Source: Dendrobates tinctorius
Taxonomy: Eukaryota
Length of the DNA: 64,000 bases
NCBI RefSeq assembly: GCF_039654945.1
Contig: NW_027361754.1
Span: 29,264,001 to 29,328,000, forward strand
Direction of reading: 5' to 3'
Part shown: in pieces, positions 12,498 to 26,340 of the stretch
Layout of the letters: each line of letters begins with the position of its first letter
Numbering within the stretch: position 1 is the first letter of the stretch
Notes under the pieces: generated by a model
Seen by the model: the letters and a program-made list of their open reading frames with translations, nothing else
What the model was told of the DNA's origin: nothing
The model's database searches: none
Translations under genes and position numbers: made by a program

Positions 12498-13223
12498 AGG
12501 GAATCTGTAACCCCTTTTTTCGAATATGAGCTGCCAGCACCGACATCAGGGGCTTATCTACAGTATTTCGTAGTGCTGTTAAGCCCCCAATGTAATCTGA
12601 AAGAGAAGAATAAAGAGTTAGATTATACTTACCCTGGCGTCCGGTCCGATGGGTGTCGCCATCCGGTCCGGCGCTTCCCATCTTCATACGATGCCGTCCT
12701 CTTCTTTCCTTCCTGTCGTAGCTCCTGCGCAGGCACACTGCTCTGCCCTGTTGAGGGCAGAGCAGAATACTGCAGTGCGCAGGCGCCAAGAGATTTTTTT
12801 TAAACTTATCTACAGCATTCTGTAATGCTGTAGATAAGCCCCCGATGTAACCTGAAAGATAGGAAAAAAGAGTTAGATTATACTCACCCCGGTGTCCGGT
12901 CCGGTCCGATGAGTGTCGCCATCCGGCGCCTGTGCACTTCAGTATTCTGCTCTGCCCTCAACAGGGCAGAGCAGTGCGCCTGCGCCGGAGCCACGACAGG
13001 AAGGAAAGAAGAGGACGGCATCGTATGAAGATGGGAGGTGACGGACCGCAACACCCATCGGACCAAGACCGGACTGCCCCTCCTGGTGAGTATAATCTAA
13101 CTCTTTTTTCTTCTCTTTCAGGTTACATCGGGGACTTATCTACAGCATTACAGAATGCTGTAGATAAGCCCCTGATGGCGATGCTGGCAGCTCATATTTG
13201 ATAAAAGGGGTGACAGATTCCTT
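12498..13223. mobile_element. T2/Kolobok-type MITE
   Basis: TTAA TSD at 12494-12497 and 13224-13227; TIR AGGGAATCTGT...ACAGATTCCTT; long internal inverted repeats. Confidence 0.88.
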
Positions 13224-14379
13224 TTAAATAATAAATGGTTTCCAGCCACTGGCTGGGGACACATTAGGATGGCACAGTTCCCGGGGATCGGCGAGCGGTG
13301 CACAGATCCCGGGCAGCAGCCAGAGGAGGAAGTGCGGGACGGTGGCAGGACAATGAGTGAGTTGGTGACCCTACAGGGGACTGGAGAAGCGTGCAGGTAC
13401 ACTGGAGCTATAATATCACAATATATTTTATCCACTCTACCATTAATAGAAACCTTTATCAGATATAAAGGACATGTTTCTATTGCCAAGAAGGTCATTA
13501 TTACGAATCTGTTTGGACGGTGCAATGGCTGAAGATCCTGTACTAGTCCTGGATAGGTTGGTGTTCACATTAGACCTCGATAAATACAAATAAGGATGAT
13601 AAAAATAAAATAAGATCTAAAATTACAGAGAGCCGTTAATCTGAAGGTGTTATGACACTTTTACACTTACGGGATTCACTGCTCACCTCCGGTTGCACCT
13701 CGCAAAAATAGAACCTGTCACGTTCTCGCTGAATGTATTATTAATTGTTCCCAGCTTTCTTTGTTCCCTTGTCATGGGTTTGAAAGTTGTTTGCCTTGGA
13801 ATGGAAAAATCCAACAAAGACTACATTATATTTACAGTGCAAGCCAAGACCAGATTGTATAGAGGGCAAAATGGGCAACTGCAATAGCTTCCACCACATA
13901 ACTGCCACCACACACCAAGACCCTCAGACTCCTTCTGGAAATGATCACTTTTTTCATGAACATCTGACAGTAATAGGTTGTCACCAGTAATGATTACTAA
14001 AGTACTGTATATTGGAGAGGCTGGATCTATCCATAATGGAGCTTTCATGGCCCTTCAGCTCACTGTCTATTACTATCTAGAAGTCTACTGACCAAGCATT
14101 TATGTTTATTGCCGAGGAGAGCAGGATATCATTAAGGTTTTTACAAAGTTACACAATAAGAATGAAAAAGTAAAAAAGAAATACCAACAAAACTTTTCAA
14201 TTTACCATAATGGAGCATTGATCCAGTGGAAGGAATGAACAATTCCGGTTATTGCTAATTATCCTCAAGAAGACATCGTTAGGACATCTCATATTCACAC
14301 TAAACTTGGCAATTACATCTCCAATGCAAACTTAACCCCACAGCCATGTCCTTCTCTGACCATGCTCCCACACCTGCTT

Positions 14380-15660
14380 CATGCCTCCTCTGTGCCTCTT
14401 CCACGTCCTTCACACGTCTTTCACGCCACCTCTGAGATTTCTCAATGCGCCCCACAGCTCCTTCATGCCTCCTCTGTGCCACTTCCATCCCCTCTATAAC
14501 TTTTTCACACCTAATCTGTGCCTCTTCATGCCCTCCACACCTTTCACGTTTCCTCTGTGCCTCTTCCATGCCCTGCTCCACACCTCTTTCATGCCATCTC
14601 TGTGCTGTTTCCATGCCATCCATACCTCTTTCATGTCCACTATTTGCCTCTTCCATGCCCTCCACACTTCTCTTGCCCCCTCTGTGCCTCCTCCATGCTC
14701 TTCACATTTCATGCCTCCTCTGTGACTCCTTAATCCCTCCAGACCTTGTTCGTGCCTCTTCTTTTCCTCCTCCATACCCTACAAACTTTTTTCATGCCTC
14801 CTCTGTGACTCTTCCATCCCCTCCACACCTCTTTCATGCCTCCTCTGTGCCTCTGCCATACCTCCTCTGTGCCTCTTCCTTGCCCTCCACACCTCTTTCA
14901 TGCCTCCTCTGTGCCTCTGCCATGCCTCCTCTGTGCCTTTTCCTTGCCCTTCACACCTCTTTCTTGCCCACTATTTGCCTCTTCCATGCCCTCCATATCT
15001 CTTTCATGCCTCCTCTGTGCCTCTTCCATCCCCTCCACACCTCTTTCATGCCAACTATTTGCCTCTTCTATGCCCTCCTCACTTCTATCTTGTCCTCCCT
15101 GTGCCTCTTCAAAGCCCTCCATATCTCTTTCATGCCTCCTCTGTGCCTCTTCCATGCCTCCTCTGTGCCTCTTCCATGCCCTTCACACCTCTTTCATGCC
15201 CACTATTTGCCTCTTCCATGCCCTACACCAGGGCCGGACTGGCGATCTGGCTATTCTGGCAAATGCCAGAATGGCCTGTCTGGTTGTGGGCTGCCTTGTC
15301 TGCTATGTTGTTAGCAGAATCTGTGGTCTCAAGACACGCATACTGTTAAGAGTTGTGATGGAGCACAAAGTCGCTGACTCTGTCACTTACCCCAGCAATG
15401 CACAGGTATCATTGCTTTTTTTTATCAAGGGTAATAATAGTAATATATCCCATCTGGTGCTTGGAGATGGGGACAACATGGGCCTTTGTGATTTCAAATG
15501 CCAGGGCTGAATTTTAGCCCCAGTCCGTGCCCTCCACACTTTTATTTTGTCCTCTCTGTGCCTCTTCCGTGCCCTCTACACCTCTCTCATGCCTCCTCTG
15601 TGCCTCTTCCATGCCCTCCATACCTCTTTCATGCCCCCTCTGTGTCTCTTCCATGCCGTT
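14380..15660. repeat. Pyrimidine-rich minisatellite (~42-bp unit CATGCCTCCTCTGTGCCTCTTCCATGCCCTCCACACCTCTTT)
   Basis: Tandem degenerate units, interrupted by a MITE at 15229-15527. Confidence 0.88.
15229..15527. mobile_element. Short non-autonomous hAT-like element
   Basis: Starts CAGGGCCGGACTGG; ends TCAAATGCCAGGGCTGAATTTTAGCCCCAGTCCG, nearly identical to the right end of 26844-29250; TSD not clean. Confidence 0.7.
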
Positions 15661-15747
15661 TTCCTGGAATATACCTTTAAAAAGTGTTTTTGGAGAACTC
15701 AGTATGTGCCCAGGACATTTGCCTAATCTTCCATGAGTCCTGACAAC

Positions 15748-18052
15748 CAGGGCTGCCATCAGGGCATTACTGCCCTGACTGACGTATGGGGCCCTATCAG
15801 CAGCGTCAGGATTCTGCCGATCAAGTAACTGAACCTAACTACATAATTACAAATGTAGCAGTACCGCAGGCAATAATCATAAAAACACGTCTGTAAACAT
15901 TAAGAACTGGAAGACAATCAGGGGGAAGGGAGGCATAGGAGACATCATACCCTCTTACAGAGACACGGGGGCAGGATTGGAGACATGGGGGCAGGATGAA
16001 AGACATGGGGGCAGGATTTGAGACACAGAGGGCAGGATTGGAGACACAGGAGGCAGGATGGAGACATGGTACCGGATGGAGACAGATGGAGCAGGAATAT
16101 GGGGCAGGATGGAGACAGATGATGTAGAAATATGGGGAAGGATGGAGACAGATGGGGCAGGATCATGGGGCAGGATGGAGACAGATGGGGCAGGATCATG
16201 AGGCAGGATGGAGACAGATGGTGCAGGACCATGGGGCAGGATGGAGACAGATGGTGCAGGATCATGAGGCAGGGTGGAGACAGATGGGGCAGGAAGGAGA
16301 CAGATGGTGCAGGATCATGGGGAAGGATGGATACGATGGAGACAGATGGGGCAGGATCATGGGACAGATGGGGCAGGATGGGGTGATCATATGGGGCAGA
16401 ATGGATACTCATGAGGGCAGTATGCGAGAACATATGGGGCCAGAATGGGAGAACATATAACTGGAGGCAGGAATGAGACACACGGGGGCCAGGATGGATG
16501 ATATTATTACCGTAGGGGTTAATTAAGGGATATTATTGCTGCAGTGATGTATTTATTTTATTTTTTAAGGATACTGTTTTAAATGGGGGGTGGTCCTGTT
16601 ACAGTGCAGAGTGACACCATGTCATCTTTTTTTCTTAATGTGGTGTAGTGTAGAAGTTGGGAAAAAAATAAGTAATGTGTTCTGCAAGAGGTGCTCTAGA
16701 TAACTGTGTTATTTCCTGCAGAGACAAGCCCTGGCTGGAAGAAGTGACGGCGGTCTGTGCTGGTGAAGATGAAAGACTTCATCTAGAGACGTCATTGGTG
16801 AGTCAGTGTGTTACCTATACACTGAAACTATGCACTGTATACTATTTACAGCAGTCCTGTGTACAATGTCACCAGTGATCACTGTATTACCTGTACACAG
16901 ACACTGCATACTAAGTACAGATCTTCTGTGTATAATGGCACTTATAGTGATATTAGTATTGTGCTTTTTTATTACTGATCAGTATTGTAGTATTCAGTCA
17001 CTATATGGTGGTAATATGTTGTCCGGCCATGGTGTGGCGGTATTTGTTCCTTGTATGTGCTATTATTTGGTCAATGTGTGGTGGTAATATGTGGTCTGGT
17101 CATGGTGTGGTGGTATTTGTTCCTTGTATGTGGTATTATTGGTCACCATATGGTGGTAATATTTGGTCTGGACATTGTGCGGTGGTATTTGTCCCTTGTA
17201 TGTGATATTATTTGGTCACTGTGATGGTAATTTATGGTCTGGACATGGTGTGGTAGTATTTGTTCCTTGTATGTGGTATTTTAAGTCACTATGTTGTGGC
17301 AATATGGTGTCTTTTCATGGTGCAGTGGTATTTGCCCTTATATGTGATATTATTGGTCATTTTAAAAATTGAAAAATACATAAAAATATACCTGAATTGT
17401 ATTGGATATTTTAACAAATGTTTAATAGGTTAGAGTAGCGTACGGCTCTGCCAAAAGAGTCTACCTTGTCGAGGTAGCGACTTAAAAAATCTTTTGGCCA
17501 AAGCAAAAGCTGCTGGCTATATGTGTGATCTGGTGATGGAAACTGTTAGGGTGTGTGCACACGCTGCGGATTCTGCTGCGGATTGATCCCCACGGATTTT
17601 GAAAAATCCGCAGGTCAAAAGACCTGCGGTTTATCTGCGGATTAGCCTGCGGTTTTGCCCTGCAGTTTATCACCTCTACAATGGAGGAGATGGTAAACCG
17701 CAATGGAATCCGCAGAAAGAATTGACATTCAATTCTTTCTGTGGATTAGAAACCGCAGCAAATCCGCATAGAAAAATCTGCACCGTCTGCACTGCGGTTT
17801 CCATTTCCCATAGGATATTATGGTACTGTACACCCGCAGGGCCAAAACTGCTGCGGATCTGCAGCAGAATTCGCAGCGTGTGCACACCCTTAATGTGTGA
17901 TTGGTGAGAAGTGGAGTTTTTCCAAGAGAGAGTGGTGGGACTGGGGACAGTTCAAGGGGTGGAGGCGAGGCTGGGGTGGAGCCTGGGCAGTCTCAAGGGG
18001 GCCCCGAAAATGTTGCCAGTATGGGGCCCCTAAATCCCTAGTGGCAGCCCTG
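15748..18052. mobile_element. Non-autonomous hAT element carrying minisatellites
   Basis: TIR CAGGGCTGCCA / TGGCAGCCCTG; 8-bp TSD CTGACAAC (15740-15747, 18053-18060); GGGGCAGGATGGAGACA array ~15960-16400. Confidence 0.92.
17549..17889. mobile_element. PIF/Harbinger-type MITE
   Basis: TIR GGGTGTG..CACACGCTGCG / CGCAGCGTGTGCACACCC; TTA TSD. Confidence 0.85.
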
Positions 18053-18807
18053 CTGACAACCTCTGGACATCCCGGTAGACTTGGCCTGAATTATTGACAT
18101 GCTATTTCACCATGTTGTTTGCAGTGTTTTTTACTCACAATAATATGTAATGGTGGCCTCAAGCTCAGGGTTTATTGCGATATTTTGATAGTTGATTTAC
18201 TGGTCCATGTAACAAATGCATTGCGTTCTTCCTAGGATCCTTATATTGGAGACTAGAGTTGAGCGATACCGTCCGATACTTCAAAGTATCGTATCGGATG
18301 GTATCGGCCGATCTTTAAAAAAGTATCGGTATCGCCGATTCCGATACCGGAAGTCCCATTCAAGTCTATGGGACTTCCGGTATCGGAATAAGAAAAAACC
18401 TTTCCTGCCCTTGTACAGCCTCTCTGGGGTCTGTACGGGCCTTTCGGGGGGCTGTGCCGGCCTGCCAGGGGGTCTGTGCAGGCTCCGGTGGTCTGTGCCG
18501 GCCTGCCGGTGGTCTGTGCAGGCTCCGGGGGGCTGTGCCGGCCTGCCGGGGGGCTGTGCCGGCCTGCCGGGGGGCTGTGCAGGCTCCGGGGGGCTGTGCC
18601 GGCCTGCCGGGGGGCTGTGCCGGCCTGCCGGTGGTCTGTGCAGGCTCCGGGGGTCTGTGCAGGCATCGTCCGATGGGACTACAAGTCCCATCGGGCGATG
18701 CCTGCTACCATGACAGTGATTGACACATTAGCCAATGATGGGACAGTAGTAGTCCCATCATCCGGCTAATGTGTTAAATGTAAAAAAAAAAAAAAAAAAA
18801 AAAAAAA

Positions 18808-19645
18808 TTACATGCTACATACATACAACATGCATACTACATACATGCTACATTCATACTACATACTACATACATGCTACATTCATACTACATAAATACT
18901 ACATGCAACATACATACTACATATATACTACATGCATGCTACATACATACTGCATGCTACATACATACCACATATATACTACATACATACTACATGCATG
19001 CTACATGCATGCTACATGCTACATACATAACACATATATACTACATGCATGCTACATACATACTACATGCTACATACTACATATATACTACATGCATGCT
19101 ACATACTACATGCTACATACATACTACATATATACTACATGCATGCTACATACATACTACATACATACTACATGCTACATACATACTACATATATACTAC
19201 ATACATACTACATACATACTACATGCATGCTACATACATACTACATGCTACATACATACTACATATATACTACATACATACTACATATATACTACATGCA
19301 TGCTACATACATACTACATGCTACATACATACTACATATATACTACATGCATGCTACATACTACATGCTACATACATACTACATATATACTACATGCATG
19401 CTACATACATACTACATGCATGCTACATACATACTACATGCTACATACATACCACATACATACTACATATATACTACATGCTACATACATACTACATATA
19501 TACTACATGCATGCTACATACATACTGCATGCTACATGCATGCTACATACATACTACATACATACTACATGCTACATACATACCACATATATACTACATA
19601 CATACAATACATTCATACAATACATACATAGACATACAGTACATA
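18808..19645. repeat. Complex (TACATAC/TACATGC)n microsatellite, left arm
   Basis: Direct reading; mirrored at ~20240-20941. Confidence 0.95.
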
Positions 19646-20239
19646 TAACATAGAGTAACATACTTACCAATACTTGTCACATTGTTCCCCGAAGCCATTG
19701 TCTTTTCCGGAATAAATATTAACATAACAAACCACAAAAATACTCACCCACGATCCGAAGCAGTCCACGAGTGTGTCCCACGACGATCTTGGGTAGAGAA
19801 CGGCAGCATCAGCTGTTGCTGCCGTTCTCTACGGGCTGCAGGAATCCAATGACGGAAGGTAGGTATCCTTCCGCACTGTATTCCTCCGCCACTTAAAAAA
19901 AAAAAGTCCCTAGTCTCACTTTATGCCATTGCTGTGTGGGAAATTCCCACGCAGCAATGGCATAAAGTGAGACTAGGGACTTTTTTTTTTTTAAGTGGCG
20001 GAGGAATACAGTGCGGAAGGATACCTACCTTCCGTCATTGGATTCCTGCAGCCCGTAGAGAACGGCAGCATCATCTGATGCTGCAGTTCTCTACCCAAGA
20101 TCGTCATGGGACACACTCGTGGACTGCTTCGGATCGTGGGTGAGTATTTTTGTGGTTTGTTATGTTAATATTTATTCCGGAAAAGACAATGGCTTCGGGG
20201 AACAATGTGACAAGTATTGGTAAGTATGTTACTCTATGT

Positions 20240-20941
20240 TATATGTACTGTATGTCTATGTATGTATTGTATGAATGTATTGTATGTATGTAGTATATAT
20301 GTGGTATGTATGTAGCATGTAGTATGTATGTAGCATGCATGTAGTATATATGTAGTATGTAGTATGTATGTGGTATGTATGTAGCATGTAGTATGTATGT
20401 AGCATGCATGTAGTATGTATGTAGCATGCATGTAGTATGTATGTAGCATGCATGTAGTATGTATGTAGCATGCATGTAGTATGTATGTAGTATGTATGTA
20501 GTATGTATGTAGCATGCAGTATGTATGTAGTATATATGTAGTATGTATGTAGCATGTAGTATGTATGTAGCATGCATGTAGTATATATGTAGTATGTATG
20601 TAGCATGCATGTAGTATGTATGTAGTATGTATGTAGTATGTATGTAGCATGCAGTATGTATGTAGCATGTATGTAGTATGTATGTAGTATATATGTAGTA
20701 TGTATGTAGCATGCATGTAGTATGTATGTAGCATGTAGTATGTATGTAGCATGCATGTAGTATGTATGTAGCATGTATGTAGTATGTATGTAGTATATAT
20801 GTAGTATGTATGTAGCATGTAGTATGTATGTAGCATGTATGTAGCATGTATGTAGTATGTATGTAGTATATATGTAGTATGTATGTAGCATGTAGTATGT
20901 ATGTAGCATGCATGTAGTATGCATGTAGTATGTATGTAGTA
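20240..20941. repeat. Complex (GTATGTA/GCATGTA)n microsatellite, right arm
   Basis: Reverse-complement counterpart of 18808-19645, with a different length. Confidence 0.95.
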
Positions 20942-23427
20942 TTTTTTTTTTTTTTAACATTTAACACATTAGCCGGATGATGGGACTACTACTGTCCCAT
21001 TATTGGCTAATGTGTCAATCACTGTCATGGTAGCAGGCATCGCCCGATGGGACTTGTAGTCCCATCGGACGATGCTTGCACAGACCCCCGGACATCAGCA
21101 CAGCCCCCCGGCAGGCCGGCACAGCCCCCCGGCAGGCCGGTACAGACCCCCACAGGGTGCACAGACCACCGGCAGGCCGGCACAGCCCCCCGGCAGGCCG
21201 GTACAGACCCTGGGCAGTCCACACAGCCCCCCGGCAGGCCGGCACAGCCCCCCGGCAGGCCGGCAGAGACCCCCGGAAGGCCCGAAATGACGGCGCATCA
21301 TGATGCGCACACACCGCGCATCATGATGACGTCAGGCCGTCAATCAACTGAACTTCCGATTCCGATGCCGAATTCCGATATTGAAAAAATATCGGAAGTC
21401 GGTATCGGAATTCCGATACAGCAAGTATCGGCCGATACCCGATACTTGCGGTATCGGAATGCTCAACACTATTGGAGACTCTCTGGCTTTTTCTATGAGT
21501 TCTTGCTACCACAGAGCTCAGATTTCCTGCCATGTCTCCTATAAATAGTAGATTGTCGTGAGGACTCGCAGACTAGAAACGCAAATTTGGGCCGGCGGCT
21601 ACAATGAGGACTCGAGCCTGGAGCAGTTCTGGAACACTTGGAGAGGGAGGGATGGATAATGCGGCCAAGACAGTGGTAGGAATAAAATGAGAAACTTGAG
21701 GATTAGTGTGTGGCTGAAGGACAGCAGACCCTTGATGGCTTAACTCTATAAATACTGGAAAAACCACCGGAGAATGGATGAAGCGTTTGCTACAGTGTAT
21801 GTGACAACCGCTGCCAATTACTTCATCAATCATTAAGAATCGGATCACTTAATGCTGCTCCACTTTCATTCTGTCAGCCGAAGGCTTAGAAATTTTCTTG
21901 TGATTAATCATTCATCTGTTTTCACTGATTTATTTCCCTTAACAATTATAAGAAATATAGCAGCACGAAACACAGAAACTGCTTTAAAAAGTAAAAAAAA
22001 ATAAATCCCTGAAAATTCTTTCTTTAATCCCCTCCTTTTACATTTAATTTGAGAAACATATAAAGAAGTTTCCTCTGTGATATTCAGGAGCTCATCTATG
22101 TACTTCCTCCCTGCTCTGTGTGAGGCTGTAAGACAACTGGCTGCAGCAGGAGCCTCCCCCCTCTGCCCTGTTTGTAATAAATTATTTATTTTACTTAACA
22201 ACTATAACAAATAAAGCAGCGTTAAACACAGAAAATGCATTAAAAAGTAACAACAAAAAACCCTGATATTTCTTCCTTTAATCCCCTCCTTTGACAGTAA
22301 AACTGAGAAATGTATAAAGAAATCTCTGAGACTAAAGAGCTCAGCTATGTCCAGCCTCCCTGCCTTGTGTGTGTGGCTGTAAGACAACTGACTGCAGCAG
22401 GAGCCTCTCCCCTCAGCCCTGTCTGTAATAGGGCAAGAGATCACCCCTTTTATTAAATCAGCAGCAGCAAATGAAACTGATGAGCAGATGAATCCTTTTG
22501 TCCTCTGCAGGATTTCTACACAACTAACCATTGCATAATCATGCAGAAAATGCTGCAGACTAAGAGTCAGATGGTCGAATAACTGATATGGGGATCGCAA
22601 CACAATGCTTGGACTGGCTGGTGGCTCTCCCGAGCAGGATAGCTGCATAGAAATACATGCCGTCTTGCTTAAGTGCTTAAGTAGAGAGCGCTGCCGGCCA
22701 GTCCGAGCATTGCGTTGCGATCCTCATCTGAGTTATACGAGCGTCTGACTCTTCCCTAAGACAGTGAGGACGATCATATTTCTTCTTTAATCATTTATTT
22801 CTAGGTTGAGTGTTCCTTTCATACACTGGGTATTGCATCCTGTCTCACATCTACAAATGCATAGAGAGACATTAGTTCACTGATGTGGCTGCTAACAGAG
22901 AACATGTGCTTTGCCGCGCACACCACATGCAGATATTATTTGCAGCCGCGGAATGAAATGAGAAACATCTATATGTCAATTATGATCTCAAAATGGACCA
23001 GACGATTGTACAGCATCGCAAGCCGAACAATTGTGTAACATGCGGTGTTAAGGGACTTGTGGAAAAAAGTACAACTGCAAATACGTAATATACAGTAGGT
23101 TGAGGAGTGTTATTATCTGTTGCATTATGGACTGTCACCTACTGAGAGGCGAAACCATGAGAAACCCAAATATCATCAATGTAATCATTACAGGGCCGTA
23201 CAGGAGCAGAAGATAATCCTGGAACGGATGGCCATCATTGTTGGCTTTATGCCATATCAATAGATGGATCTTCTGCTTGGAGATTTTTTTATATTATTTT
23301 CTTTACATGTTAATGGGAGTCATCATCTTTCCTGAGCTTATACTAATAGTACATAGAGGTATACAGCAGCCACATAGACCAGGAGGATGAGGTGAGCTGT
23401 GACATCACCTATTGTGAATGATGGATC

Positions 23428-25780
23428 CAGTGGCGTATCTAGGGGGGGCAGCCGGGGCAGTTGCCCCGGGCGCAGCCAGCAGGGGGGCGCAGTCGGGCCG
23501 CCTAATGCAGCGGTCCGCAGTGTCCTCCCTGGCGGCTGCGTTCTGCCGCCCCCCGCCTGAGAGTCGGCGGTTCTCTGTGACGGCTGTCAAGCTGACAGCC
23601 GGTGAAGAGAAGGAGGCCGTGCCGGCTCCCAGGGAGCAATTGTACTGGCGTCTATACAGACGCCTGTACAATTGAAGCTCTGTTGAAGCTCTGACCGCCG
23701 AGCCAGAGCGACGTCAGCAGCGTGATCAGGTCATGTGATCACGCTGCTGACGTCACTCCCCGGCGCCCAAAGCAAACGCTGGTGGTAAGTGTGCTCCTCT
23801 GTGGAGCTGAAGAACCACCGAAGATGGGAGATGGGGAGTTAATGAGTGGAGATGGGGGGGATTTGTAGAGGGGATGGCGGTTAATGTGTGGGGGTATTTA
23901 GTGTGGGGATGGGGGTTAATGAGTGGGGATGGGGGTTAATGTGTGTGGGGGTTAATGAGTGGGGATGCCATGGTGTTAATGTGTGGGGGGATTTGGAGTG
24001 GAGATGGGGGTTATTTAATGTGATGGGGGTTAATGAGTGGGGATTGGGTTAATGTGTGTGGGGGTTAATGAATGGGGATGGGGATTAATGTGTGGGGGCG
24101 TTAATGAGTGGGGATGGGGGTTAATGTGTGTGGGGGTTAATGAATGGGGATGGGGGTTAATGTGTGGGGGTATTTGGAGTGGGGATGGGGGTTAATGAGT
24201 GGGGATGGGGGTTAATGTGTGTGGGGGTTAATGAGTGGGGATGCCATGGTGTTAATGTGTGGGGGGATTTGGAGTGGAGATGGGGGTTATTTAATGTGAT
24301 GGGGGTTAATGAGTGGGGATTGGGTTAATGTGTGCAGGGGTTAATGAGTGGGGATGGGGATTAATGTGTGGGGGCGTTAATGAGTGGGGATGGGGGTTAA
24401 TGTGTGTGGGGGTTAATGAATGGGGATGGGGTCAATGTGTGGGGGTATTTGGAGTGCAGATGGTTATTTAATGTGTGGGGGGATTTGGAGTGGTGATGGG
24501 GTTAATGAATGGGGATTGGGTTAATGTGTGCGGGGGTTAATGAATGGGGATGGGGTTAATGTATGGGGGCGTTAATGAGTGGGGTTGGGGTTAATGTGTG
24601 GTGGTATTTGGAGTGCTGATGGGGGTTAATGAATGGGGATTGGGTTAATGTGTGGGGGGATTTGGAGTGGGGATGGGGGGTTATTTTATGTGTGGGGGGG
24701 ATTTGGAATGGGGATGGGGGGATTTAATGTGTGGGGAGATTTGAGGACACAAAATAAAGAGTATGTATGAGGAAACAGTATGGGGGATTGGTGCAGACAG
24801 TATGGGGAGCGAATGGGTTAATGTATGTGTGCAGACACTGTATGGGGAGTCGGGGGTATGTGTGAGCAGACAGTATAGAGAGTGAGGGGGTAAATATATG
24901 AGGAGACAGTATGGTGAACAGGTGGGATGATAGAGGAGACCGTATGAGGAGGGAGGGGAATAGTGTGAGGAGACAGTATATTGCAGATATTTTTATTTAG
25001 GGGCATTATAATGACACTTCTATCTTTAAGGGCGTCGTGTGGAGATTTGTTGCAGAAGACCGGAGAAGATGGAAGTCTGCAGAGATGAGATGTGGATGAG
25101 AAAACTCATCATGGGGTCTGGAAGAAAAGGTGACTGACTCTAGAGACGACGTCATCTATAAGGTACCTGGATGTAAATGTTATTTGTGATACTGACTAAT
25201 TCTCATGTTTTTATTTGTTAGGAACATTAAAGGGGTTGTCGGAGTCTGCAGTCATTCTATGTGACTGCAGACGTCTGAATTCTCACAGTGCTCACTGAAC
25301 GCTGTCAGGATTCTCTCGTGCCGGAAATTTACATACATGAGGTCACATGCTGACTAGACATGTGTGGCCTCACTCAACGAAAATGAACGGAGCGAGGCCG
25401 GGCACGTCTAGTCGGAATGTGGCCAGAAGTATATAAATCACATACTTGTGCTGACATGACGGTACATCAGCAAGGGAGAATCCTAAAAGTGTGCAGTGCA
25501 TTCGTTGTGAGAATTCAGAAGCAGCAATGTCAGGATTCAGCTCTGCAGGTTCCAGTAGTCATCACATGGACACTTCACTCATATGCGATTTTCTCAGTTA
25601 TGGTCCTGTGACAACGAGCTTCTCTTCCTGCTTCTCTCAGTTTTTTACTGAACATTGAGAGCATTAGGAGGAGCAGCTCGTGGGTACATGGCTAAGTGTG
25701 CAAGTCGCATATGTACTTGGGGGGGGGGGCGCCGAACCGAATTCTTGCCCCGGGTGCCAGAAAGCCTAGATACGCCTCTG
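23428..25780. mobile_element. Non-autonomous hAT element inserted in an ~80-bp satellite
   Basis: TIR CAGTGGCGTATCTAGG / CCTAGATACGCCTCTG; 8-bp TSD GATGGATC (23420-23427, 25781-25788). Confidence 0.92.
23825..24745 (+). repeat. G-rich minisatellite (GGGGGTTAATGAGTGGGGAT)n
   Basis: Dozens of G4-G6 runs separated by short loops. Confidence 0.92.
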
Positions 25781-26340
25781 GATGGATCCTGTAATACCTA
25801 CTGTATATAGAGGTGTTATCGGTCATTATACAGGAGGAGGAGGTGAGCTGTGACATCACCTATTCTGAAGAGTGGATCTTGTGTTATCTGCTGTATGTGG
25901 AGGTGTTATCAGTCATTTTACAGGAGGAGGAGGTGATCTGTGACATCAACTATTGTGAATGATGGATCCTGTGTTATCTACTGTACATAGAGGTGTTATC
26001 AGTCATTGTACAGGAGGAGGTGAGCTGTGACATCACCTATTGTGAATGATGGAACCTGTGTTATCTACTGTACATAGAGGTGTTATCAGTCATTGTACAG
26101 GAGGAGGTGAGCTGTGACATCACCTATTGTGAATGATGGATCCTGTAATACCTACTGTATATAGAGGTGTTATCAGTCATTATACAGGAGAAGGAGGTGA
26201 GCTGTGACATCACCTATTGTTAATGGTGGATTCTGTGTTATTTGCTGTATGTCGTGGTGTTACCAGTCATTGTACTGGAGGAGGAGGGGACTTGTGACAT
26301 AACCTATTGTGAATGGTGGATTCTGTGCTATCTGCTGTAT
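25781..26340. repeat. ~80-bp tandem satellite (CAGGAGGAGGTGAGCTGTGACATCACCTATTGTGAAT...)
   Basis: About 7 units here; a further unit at ~23355-23427 and another block at ~33188-33720. Confidence 0.9.

Larger units (their letters stand above)
18254..21471. mobile_element. Non-autonomous hAT element with a giant internal inverted duplication
   Basis: TIR TAGAGTTGAGC / GCTCAACACTA; 8-bp TSD TTGGAGAC (18246-18253, 21472-21479); sub-terminal CCGATAC repeats; arms ~18440-19937 and ~19948-21270. Confidence 0.92.

Noticed and set aside
13260-14300. Possible host first exon (…ACAATGA|GTGAGT at ~13355) and nearby unique-looking ORFs
   Set aside because: No recognisable protein similarity and no downstream exon chain; cannot be supported without transcript data.
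11559-16481. Many Cys/Pro/His-rich ORFs
   Set aside because: They arise from minisatellites; no domain motifs.
18771-20967. Long His/Tyr/Thr-rich ORFs on both strands
   Set aside because: They are translations of a stop-poor microsatellite, open in all three frames.
22000-22430. ~170-bp local direct duplication (also a ~57-bp duplication at ~345-475)
   Set aside because: Ordinary degenerate tandem duplications with no further structure.
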